This document shows positions 35,176 through 42,888 of a stretch of 64,000 nucleotides of DNA, piece after piece; position 1 is the first letter of the stretch; every line of letters starts with the position of its first letter. Made by a program: the position numbers and the translations under genes. The notes beneath the pieces are model-generated. The model was not told the origin of the DNA and made no database searches. It was given only the letters and a program-made list of their open reading frames with translations. Source of the DNA: Candidatus Peregrinibacteria bacterium (GTDB lineage Bacteria; Patescibacteriota; Gracilibacteria; UBA1369; 2-02-FULL-48-14). Location: the NCBI GenBank assembly GCA_018658105.1, contig JABHVW010000012.1:9604-73603 (forward strand), written 5' to 3'.

Positions 35176-36130
35176 TTAAATCTTCCATGGGTTTTTCGTG
35201 AACAGAAATGTCTTCAACGGGAAGTTTATTCATAATGTCGGTAATGACTTTGTTGCTGTCTTTTCTTGGGACGCTGAGTGTAACTTTGCCATCATGACAG
35301 GAAATAACTTTACCAAAACTTTTGATTTCGCTTTTGCTTACTTCTTTGGAAAGGCTAAGATCGATCATTTTTTCGTTAGCAAAGTTTTCTGTAAGTTTTT
35401 TGTAAGATCCATCATATAAGATTGCCCCATGATCGATAATAATCACACGTTTTGCAAGCTGGCGAATATCCTCCATATAATGTGATGTGAGAATGATTGT
35501 TGCCTTTGTTTCTTTGTTATATTGCTTCAAGAAGTCACGGATAGTTTTTTGTGCAATTACATCTAAACCGATGGTCGGTTCATCTAGAAATAAGACTTTT
35601 GGGCTATGTAAAAGAGCGCCAATAAGTTCTGCTTTCATGCGCTGACCAAGACTCATTTTTCTGGTTGGAATGTTCACGAGATCTTCCATACCCATGAGTT
35701 CTGTAAGCATATCAAGAGTTTTTTTGTATTGTTTCTCAGGGATTTCATACATGTGTTTGAAAAGTTCATAACTGTCCATTGGTGGAAGGTCCCACCACAA
35801 TTGGTTTTTTTGTCCCATGATTAATGAGAACTGTTTTTTGTACTCATTTTTTCTTTTCCAGGGAACGTGTCCGAGAACTGTTGCTTCACCGCCAGTTGGT
35901 GTGAGAATTCCAGTTAGCATCTTTAAAGTTGTAGTTTTTCCTGCACCGTTTGGCCCTAGAAATCCTACAAATTCTCCTTCTTCAATGTCGAATGAAATTT
36001 CTTTTACTGCTTCTGTAACTACGACTTGTCTGTTGAAAAAGTCTTTAACCGAAGCCATTATTCCTCCACTTTTTTTGAAGCTGAAGAATGTTTTTTTGAG
36101 CCCTTTGACTTGAATAATATTTTTGTTCAT
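35144..36130 (-). CDS. ABC transporter ATP-binding protein (ABC-2 type exporter family)
   Basis: Walker A GPNGAGKTT, signature MSLGQRMK, Walker B LFLDEPTIGLD. Confidence 0.9.
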   Translation of the reverse strand: MNKNIIQVKGLKKTFFSFKKSGGIMASVKDFFNRQVVVTEAVKEISFDIEEGEFVGFLGPNGAGKTTTLKMLTGILTPTGGEATVLGHVPWKRKNEYKKQFSLIMGQKNQLWWDLPPMDSYELFKHMYEIPEKQYKKTLDMLTELMGMEDLVNIPTRKMSLGQRMKAELIGALLHSPKVLFLDEPTIGLDVIAQKTIRDFLKQYNKETKATIILTSHYMEDIRQLAKRVIIIDHGAILYDGSYKKLTENFANEKMIDLSLSKEVSKSEIKSFGKVISCHDGKVTLSVPRKDSNKVITDIMNKLPVEDISVHEKPMEDLIADIFTRKHV

Positions 36131-36136
36131 AAGTAA

Positions 36137-36295
36137 GCCCCTATTGTAAGGGGGTGAGTTTAGTAAATATGGAAGATTTTTTTATCAAACAAGGCGATGC
36201 GACGAAGGAGTAGCAATGCTTACTTTTAGGAGCTTCAACGATGTTTGATGATAAAAGATGCATTTTTAATTATTGAATCCCCTTGTGATAGGGGC
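36137..36295 (-). repeat. Pair of inverted 18-nt palindromic arms (36137-36154 and 36278-36295) bracketing a 123-nt spacer inside the ABC operon; the motif resembles the one at 14013-14082
   Basis: GCCCCTATTGTAAGGGGG and TCCCCTTGTGATAGGGGC. In the minus-strand RNA the arms can pair as 8 bp, a 3x3 internal loop, then 6 bp. One arm abuts the permease stop and the other ends 7 nt before the ATPase ATG. Confidence 0.5.
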
Positions 36296-37101
36296 TAGTT
36301 TGCTGAGCTGTATTTTCTCAGCCCTAAGTTAAATAGTAAGGTTCCGAGTCCCCAGAAAAAGAACGCTAAAAATGTGAAAAATCCTACCCAATATAAGCTA
36401 CTTTTGCCGAGAGCGACTTCTGCAGGGATTGCTGCAAGAAGGGCAGCAGGGAATACGAATTGGACTGCAACCTTTGCTGCACCTGTATAAACTTGTCTTG
36501 GGTAACGAGAAATTTGACTGATATTCCAGAGTGTTGATCCAATTACTTCAATACGATCAAAGAGGAAAACTACGTTAATGATGCAGAGAAGTAATCCGTA
36601 AAATAGAATATTGCTGATTATACTTAGCAAAGTTCCTAAAGCTATTAAAGGCCATGAGAGTTCCATTCCGATTTGGAAGTGAACATAGCCAAAAATAATG
36701 AATGTTATTAAAAAATCGATAACATGATCGATTCGCATATCTACAAAGAAACTTAATAATTGCATGGATGCTGGTTTTGTGATGAGTGGATCGAGGTCGC
36801 CACGTCTTAGTTTGTAGTCGAAATTTTCGAAACTTTCGCGAAAGAATATATTTGATACACCTTGAATCATGTAATAAAAGCCGAGTACAACTAGGGCTTC
36901 ACCTTTGCTCCAGCCGGCGAGTGAGTCTATGTGTGAGAAAATTACTTCGAAAAATAGTATATAAAGTACTATCCAAAGTGAAATTGAAAGTACAGTTACG
37001 GCAAAATTTACTCTGTAAACGAGACTTTTTTTGATGTTGATTCTAAACAACTGCCAGAAGATTTTTAAGTTTTTAGTCATATTATTGGCCAACTGCCTCA
37101 T
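36295..37101 (-). CDS. ABC-2 family transporter permease
   Basis: A polytopic protein of about 6 TM segments immediately after a paralogous permease and upstream of the ABC ATPase. An alternative start at 37080 is possible. Confidence 0.72.
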   Translation of the reverse strand: MRQLANNMTKNLKIFWQLFRINIKKSLVYRVNFAVTVLSISLWIVLYILFFEVIFSHIDSLAGWSKGEALVVLGFYYMIQGVSNIFFRESFENFDYKLRRGDLDPLITKPASMQLLSFFVDMRIDHVIDFLITFIIFGYVHFQIGMELSWPLIALGTLLSIISNILFYGLLLCIINVVFLFDRIEVIGSTLWNISQISRYPRQVYTGAAKVAVQFVFPAALLAAIPAEVALGKSSLYWVGFFTFLAFFFWGLGTLLFNLGLRKYSSAN

Positions 37102-37894
37102 ATTTTCTGAGGCCTAAATAAAATACGAAATGTAGTAAAATCATGAGACCAATTGAGTAAACAAAGGTCATTGTTAATCCGAAGCTTAGACTTTCTGTCC
37201 AGGTTTTGCTTTGAATTAATTCAGCAATGTAGCTGTAATTGTAAGGGAATGGAGTCCATTTTAGTATGTTTTGAAGCCCTTGTGGGAAAAATGCGATAGG
37301 TATTAAGAAGCCAGAAAGTAGCGTGTGTATCGCGAAATATACGAATATGAGACGTTTTGCTGTAGAAAGCCAGAATGCTAGCATTCCTATCAAAGCTATC
37401 ATTGAGAAGGCAATTAAATAGGAAAAAAACATTACTGGGAGGCTTAAGAGTACAAAAAGCCAGTTGAAGTCTAGGGTGAGGCTATCTTTGAATATTAATG
37501 CGATTCCACCGTAAATTACTATGTGTGATATGAAAAAGAAGAAATTCTGACCAAAGTCACGTGCAATTTGTAAATAAATATAATTTACTGGCAGTATTAG
37601 TTTTGAAGATAATTCTCCGGACTGAATTTGGTTTGAGATCATGAAGCCAGCGCGAGAGAATGTTAATGATGTAATAACTTGTAGAATCAAAAAGTAGGTG
37701 AGGGTATCTGACAGGCTGAAGCCTGCGATATCACCTTCTTTGGCTGCGAAAATACTAGTCCATAAATAGGCTAGTACAAAAAATCGAATAATCCAGTTTA
37801 CATATCTAAAGATGAAATTAGCGCGATACACCAAAGTATCCTGGATCATCATTTGCATCTGCTTCAGGTAGATTGCGCTTCTAGAAAATTTCAT
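37082..37894 (-). CDS. ABC-2 family transporter permease
   Basis: A polytopic protein of about 6 TM segments in operon context with the ATPase at 35144..36130. Confidence 0.72.
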   Translation of the reverse strand: MKFSRSAIYLKQMQMMIQDTLVYRANFIFRYVNWIIRFFVLAYLWTSIFAAKEGDIAGFSLSDTLTYFLILQVITSLTFSRAGFMISNQIQSGELSSKLILPVNYIYLQIARDFGQNFFFFISHIVIYGGIALIFKDSLTLDFNWLFVLLSLPVMFFSYLIAFSMIALIGMLAFWLSTAKRLIFVYFAIHTLLSGFLIPIAFFPQGLQNILKWTPFPYNYSYIAELIQSKTWTESLSFGLTMTFVYSIGLMILLHFVFYLGLRKYEAVGQ

Positions 37895-38328
37895 TATTCA
37901 GCCTTATCAAGTTCGGGCAGCAATTCTACCTGCTCGACTTGAGTTTGTGCAATCTCTATTTCTTCAGTTGCTTCTTTAGCAGCTTCCTTTTCAGCTTTTT
38001 TAGCTTCTTTCTTAGCTGAAGCTTTATCTTCAGTAGCTTTTTCTTTTTCTAGTTGGTTTGCAATTTCTTTGTTAACTTTGTCCTCAAGAGTTAGCTTCTT
38101 ACGAGCTTTCTTCTTGCGACCAGTTGCTCCATCAGATTTTTTACGGAATTTATCAACACGTCCTTCAGTATCGATAAGAACTTTCTTACCTGTGAAGAAT
38201 GGGTGACATTGGCTACATATTTCAATATTTAGTGCTTCTTGAGTTGCACCTGTTTTGAATATGTGACCACAGTTACTACATGTTATGGCAGCTTCTGTGT
38301 AATAAGTTGGATGTAAACCTTGTTTCAT
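37894..38328 (-). CDS. rpmE: 50S ribosomal protein L31 (zinc-ribbon type A) with a Lys/Glu/Ala-rich C-terminal extension of about 75 aa
   Basis: MKQGLHPTYY...CSNCGH...CSQCHPFFTGK...GRVDKF is canonical bL31. Residues from about 70 to 144 are low-complexity K/E/A. Confidence 0.85.
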   Translation of the reverse strand: MKQGLHPTYYTEAAITCSNCGHIFKTGATQEALNIEICSQCHPFFTGKKVLIDTEGRVDKFRKKSDGATGRKKKARKKLTLEDKVNKEIANQLEKEKATEDKASAKKEAKKAEKEAAKEATEEIEIAQTQVEQVELLPELDKAE

Positions 38329-39614
38329 TTCTTTTTCTTAATCTTTTTGCTCGTTTTTTTGGCTTTAGCAGTTGCTTTCTTAGCCGGTTTCTTGTTTCGA
38401 GCCTCGCGATTATAGCGATAGATAAGGTAGTATGCAAGGGAAATCAACGTAAGTGCGAATAGTAATGCCCAAATGATGAATCTTAAGTTCAAAACTCTTA
38501 CTTTAAATTCAGTTGTATCAGATTGACCATTCTCGTCGTAGACCGTTAAAGTGGCTGTTTGAAGACCTTTAGCGTCGAAATTTCTAGTTATTACTGGACC
38601 ATCTAGTATCTCACCATCGAAGTCCCAAATATAGTTTATGATGCTTCCATCATCGCTTGATGCACTTGCATCGAAAATTACCTCATCACCTATATTTGTT
38701 AAATAAACTTCTTTATCTGTGTCAGCAGAAGGGGAGCTGTTGTATGGGTCTGAATCTGAGTCGTTATCAACTAAATCTCCATCGATATCTGGGTCACTGT
38801 TGTCACCTTGGCCATCACCATCGGTGTCTTGCCATTCAGATGGATTAGTAGGGAATGGGTCGTGGCCATCTAGATAGCCGTCTCCATCTGTATCTGGGTT
38901 ATCTGGGTCTGTGTCAGCTTTATCTTCGTCATCATTTGAAAGGCCGTCACCGTCACGATCGTCGTCTTCGTCATCTGGAATGCCATCGTCATCTTGATCA
39001 CTATGGTGATAAGGGTCATCTGGAAAGGCATCGTCGTCGTCTAAAACGCCATCGTTGTCATCGTCATCATCTGCGTTGTTACCGATTCCGTCACCATCTG
39101 TATCTTCTGATTCGCCAGAGTCATCTGGGAAAGCATCGTCATCGTTTGAAACACCGTCACCGTCGCGATCGTCATCTTCGTCATCTGGAATGCCATCATG
39201 ATCCATATCTGCTTCTACAAATATTTGCTTTGCAATAACATTGTTGCTGATATCGTCATCAGTTGGATCCCAAGGAATTACTGTAGTTGTAATTGTGTAA
39301 TAACCTGAACTTGGCGGGAACCAGTCGACAAAAACATCATCGGTGTTACCTGCAAGTGCAGAAATTGGTTGATCTACATTGATAATCCCAAATTGATTTG
39401 AAAAGCGGATTGAGCCGAGCAGATCGTAAGGGCTGTTGTTTAGAGCTGAAGCCCAAATTCGAACGCTTTGGCCTTCGAGAATCCTTTCAGTACTAAATGA
39501 CATACTTGATAAGCTGATGTCACCGCTAGCAGCGGCGGCACTAGGAATAAGCATAAGTGAACTTAGAGCTATAGCTAAGCCGAACTTTGATAATAAGACG
39601 TGGAGTCTGTTCAT
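38325..39614 (-). CDS. Surface protein: signal peptide, CARDB-like domain, TSP3-like acidic repeats, PKD domain, C-terminal TM anchor with Lys-rich tail
   Basis: Signal peptide ...LMLIPSAAAAS. CARDB-like stretch ending DDISNN. Repeats DMDHDGIPDDEDDDRDGDGVSNDDD. PKD-like IINYIWDFDGE...ATLTVYDENGQSD. TM segment FIIWALLFALTLISLAYYLIY followed by a K-rich tail. A 4-nt overlap joins it to rpmE. Confidence 0.8.
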   Translation of the reverse strand: MNRLHVLLSKFGLAIALSSLMLIPSAAAASGDISLSSMSFSTERILEGQSVRIWASALNNSPYDLLGSIRFSNQFGIINVDQPISALAGNTDDVFVDWFPPSSGYYTITTTVIPWDPTDDDISNNVIAKQIFVEADMDHDGIPDDEDDDRDGDGVSNDDDAFPDDSGESEDTDGDGIGNNADDDDDNDGVLDDDDAFPDDPYHHSDQDDDGIPDDEDDDRDGDGLSNDDEDKADTDPDNPDTDGDGYLDGHDPFPTNPSEWQDTDGDGQGDNSDPDIDGDLVDNDSDSDPYNSSPSADTDKEVYLTNIGDEVIFDASASSDDGSIINYIWDFDGEILDGPVITRNFDAKGLQTATLTVYDENGQSDTTEFKVRVLNLRFIIWALLFALTLISLAYYLIYRYNREARNKKPAKKATAKAKKTSKKIKKKK

Positions 39615-39632
39615 GATTGTGTGGTGTGACGA

Positions 39633-42218
39633 CTAAACAAGTGCGGTTTGTTTGCTTTCTTTTGCCACTTCTTCCTCTTCGATTTCTTTGAGGATGAATG
39701 ACATTGAAGCAACAATATCGTTTTTCTTCGTACGCATTATATACACACCTTGTGTAGCTCGTCCACGTTTTGGAACATTTTTCACTCCTGTTCTAATCAT
39801 TACTCCATTTTTTGAAACAACAATGATATCTCCGTCATCTTCAGGTGAAAGTACTTTTGCGCCAACGATCTTACCAGTTTTCGCATTGAGATTTGCAGTT
39901 TTTACTCCGCTACCTCCACGAGCTTGGAACCGATAATCTTTAACTGGTGTTCGTTTTCCTAGGCCGTTTTCCATTACTACAAGCAAGCTTGCATCTGGAC
40001 TTCTAACTACATCCATTTCTACAACTATATCTTCTGGCTTAAGTTTGATTCCGCGCACACCCATAGATGAGCGACCCATAGTTCTAACATCGCTTTCGTC
40101 GAATTGAATACATTTTCCTTCTTTTGTAACCATCATAATGTGGTCTTGAGGACTAGTTTGTTTCACCCAATTGAGTGAATCATCTTCTCTAAGTTTAATA
40201 GCGATTAAACCTGATTTTCTAACTTTTTGGAATTGTTCAACAGAAGTTTTCTTGATGGTTCCCAGTTTAGTTGCCATCACAAGAGTTTCACCTTTGAATT
40301 TATCGTTTTTAACAACGAGCATTGCGGTTACTTTTTCTGATTTAGCTAATTGAATTAGATTGATTAGTGGTGTTCCTTTGGCCTGTCTTGAGGCTTGAGG
40401 AAGCTCGTAAACAGGAATTTGGAATACGCGACCTGTATTTGTAAATACAAGAAGTTTATCGTGATTTTCTGCATATCTTACGATTGCAATTTCATCTTCT
40501 TCTTTAGTTTTCATTGCTACTTTACCTTGGCCTCCACGTTTTTGCTTTTTGAAAGCAGAAGGTGGAACACGTTTGATGTAGTTTCCAGCCGTTAAAGTAA
40601 CAACCATTTCTTCATTTGGAACTGTGTCTTTAATTGAGAATTTACCTAGTCCATGAGGAATAACTTCTGTTCTTCGTTTGTCGCCATATCTCTTTGTGAT
40701 GTCTTCAAATTCATCTTGCATGATTTTTAAAACCTTTGTTTTATCAGCAAGAATGCCTTCAAGTTCGGCGATTAATTTAAGTTTTTCAGCTAATTCGTTT
40801 TCAATCTTTTCACGTTCAAGACCAGCAAGTGTTTGCAAGCGCATTTCTAAAATTGCAGTTGCTTGCAAGGCACTTAGCTTGAATTTTTCCATCAAAGATT
40901 TGTGTGCATCTTCTTTGGCACGACTCTTTTTGATAGTTTCGATAACTTTATCAATATTATCTAGAGCGATTTTCAATCCTTCAAGAATGTGTGCTCGAGC
41001 TTTTGCGATCTTTAATTCGTATTCTGTTCGGCGAGTAATTACAACTTTTCTGTGTTCAATGAAATATTCAAGTACTTGTTTAAGGTTGAGAAGCCTTGGT
41101 TGAAGGCCATCAACAAGAGCAATCAGATTCATATTGAAGCGAGATTGCATTTGAGTTTGTTTGTACAGTTGATTTAAGACCTTATTAGGGTAAGAGTCTT
41201 TTTTAAGTTCGATAACGACTCGGATTCCTTCTCGGTTAGATTCGTCACGAAGGTCTGTAATTCCTTGGATTTTTTTATCACGAACCAACATTGCAATTTT
41301 TTCTACAAGTGATGATTTGTTTAACTGATAAGGGATTTCAGTCACAATAATTCTGTGTTTTCCATTCTTCATTTCTTCAATAGTTGCACGAGCTCGAACT
41401 GTAATTCCGCCACGACCAGTTAGGTACATTGTTTTGATTGCCTCTTTGTCGTAAATAATTGCTCCAGTAGGGAAATCAGGGCCTTTAATGTGTTTCATTA
41501 GGTCATCAACTTCTAGTTCAGGATTGTTTGAAAGTGCCATTAAGGCAGCCATAAGTTCGTTTAAATTGTGCGGTGGTATGTTTGTAGCAAGACCAACGGC
41601 AATACCCATTGTTCCATTTAAGAGCAATTGAGGAATTCTTGTAGGTACGATTCTAGGTTCTTTTTTTCGTCCGTCGTAATTTGGCACAAAATCAACAGTT
41701 TCTTTCTCGATATCAGCGAGCATTTCATCTGCAATTTTCTCCATTTTTGCCTCGGTGTAACGCATGGCAGCAGGATTGTCTCCATCGATAGAACCAAAGT
41801 TACCTTGGCCGCGAATTAATGGATATCTCATTGAGAAGTCTTGAGCCAAACGCACCATAGACATATAAACGGCTGAATCGCCATGAGGATGGTAATTGGC
41901 AAGTACTTCACCAACTACGGCTGCAGATTTTCTGAAACCAGCGCTAGAGCGAAGGCCCAGTTCATGCATCGCAAAAAGAACACGTCTATGAACGGGTTTT
42001 AGTCCGTCACGAACGTCTGGAAGTGCACGCGAAACAATAACGCTCATGGCGTAGTCTAGGTAGGATTCCTCCATTTCTTGGACTACGTTACGTGCCTTAA
42101 TGTTCCCCATTGAGAAGAGTTCATCGTTGTCTGCAGTGAGCTCAGCTTTTTCAACTTTCGGCTCAGATTCCTCTGGGTTTTCTTGCTCTTCGTTGCTTTG
42201 GTCGTCCTTTTTTGCCAT
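39633..42218 (-). CDS. gyrA: DNA gyrase subunit A
   Basis: DGLKPVHRR, the AAMRYTE active-site Tyr region, NYHPHGD, and C-terminal beta-pinwheel repeats. Confidence 0.95.
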   Translation of the reverse strand: MAKKDDQSNEEQENPEESEPKVEKAELTADNDELFSMGNIKARNVVQEMEESYLDYAMSVIVSRALPDVRDGLKPVHRRVLFAMHELGLRSSAGFRKSAAVVGEVLANYHPHGDSAVYMSMVRLAQDFSMRYPLIRGQGNFGSIDGDNPAAMRYTEAKMEKIADEMLADIEKETVDFVPNYDGRKKEPRIVPTRIPQLLLNGTMGIAVGLATNIPPHNLNELMAALMALSNNPELEVDDLMKHIKGPDFPTGAIIYDKEAIKTMYLTGRGGITVRARATIEEMKNGKHRIIVTEIPYQLNKSSLVEKIAMLVRDKKIQGITDLRDESNREGIRVVIELKKDSYPNKVLNQLYKQTQMQSRFNMNLIALVDGLQPRLLNLKQVLEYFIEHRKVVITRRTEYELKIAKARAHILEGLKIALDNIDKVIETIKKSRAKEDAHKSLMEKFKLSALQATAILEMRLQTLAGLEREKIENELAEKLKLIAELEGILADKTKVLKIMQDEFEDITKRYGDKRRTEVIPHGLGKFSIKDTVPNEEMVVTLTAGNYIKRVPPSAFKKQKRGGQGKVAMKTKEEDEIAIVRYAENHDKLLVFTNTGRVFQIPVYELPQASRQAKGTPLINLIQLAKSEKVTAMLVVKNDKFKGETLVMATKLGTIKKTSVEQFQKVRKSGLIAIKLREDDSLNWVKQTSPQDHIMMVTKEGKCIQFDESDVRTMGRSSMGVRGIKLKPEDIVVEMDVVRSPDASLLVVMENGLGKRTPVKDYRFQARGGSGVKTANLNAKTGKIVGAKVLSPEDDGDIIVVSKNGVMIRTGVKNVPKRGRATQGVYIMRTKKNDIVASMSFILKEIEEEEVAKESKQTALV

Positions 42219-42337
42219 TTATGGATATTAAAAGTCTTGCGCCGGGATTTTAGCATAAGTGCGGTCGCGGGCGAAGAGGAAATGCGTTTCAGCTTTTATT
42301 CAGGACTTTTGTATGAGCTTATGTTTAAGATGCTTTT

Positions 42338-42730
42338 ATGTATATAAAACGATTTTTTGAATGGATAGGTTTGAAGGAGAAGTTGAATTCAATTGACTGT
42401 GATCTGCCTTATGTCAATGTGGGAGATATTTGGTGGGCTAGCCTTGGTGAGAATGTTGGATCGGAAATTAATGGGAAAAGTGCTTTGTTTTCACGTCCAG
42501 TTGTGATTTTTAAGAAATTATCGCACAATTTTTATTTGGTTATTCCGACAACAACTAAAGTGCGTACTGGATCTTGGTACGTATTATTCAGGCAAAAGAG
42601 TATAAAGATGAATGCTTGTTTACATCAGGTGAGGTCTATGGATTACCGTAGATTTTCCAATAAATTGGGAAGATTAGATGATGAAGATTTTGAGAGAGTG
42701 AAGAGTAGTTTTTGGAAATTGTATAGATAA
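42338..42730 (+). CDS. PemK/MazF-family endoribonuclease toxin-like protein with no adjacent antitoxin
   Basis: VNVGDIWWASLGENVGSEINGKSALFSRPVVIF...LVIPTTT...LHQVRSMDYRRF...LDDEDFERV aligns by eye with B. subtilis EndoA/MazF (GDVYFADLSPVVGSEQGG.RPVLVI...LEQIRTIDKQRL...LDDEMM). Confidence 0.72.
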   Translation: MYIKRFFEWIGLKEKLNSIDCDLPYVNVGDIWWASLGENVGSEINGKSALFSRPVVIFKKLSHNFYLVIPTTTKVRTGSWYVLFRQKSIKMNACLHQVRSMDYRRFSNKLGRLDDEDFERVKSSFWKLYR

Positions 42731-42830
42731 AAATATTCCCCTCCAGGAATGGAGGGGCCGCGAGAAAATCTCGAATGTATTTCTATTGTATTGCAATCGC
42801 TTTTTGTAGTCAATTTAAAGCTTTAAAACC

Positions 42831-42859
42831 TGGTAAATTAGGCTGTTTTGTGCTAAAAT
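42831..42859 (+). promoter_or_regulatory. Candidate extended -10 promoter (TGGTAA-17-TGcTAAAAT) upstream of the VirB4-like gene
   Basis: TAAAAT at 42854-42859 is preceded by TGC. The -35 element is weak. Confidence 0.4.
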
Positions 42860-42888
42860 GATAGGATAAAAATATAAATTTAACAGGT

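Noticed and set aside
38855-39238. His/Arg/Leu-rich 127-aa ORF, with similar ones at 8600..8857 and 5165..5425
   Set aside because: These are alternative-frame or antisense readings of the periodic GAT/GAC-rich TSP3 repeat DNA. The repetitive composition keeps a frame open artefactually.
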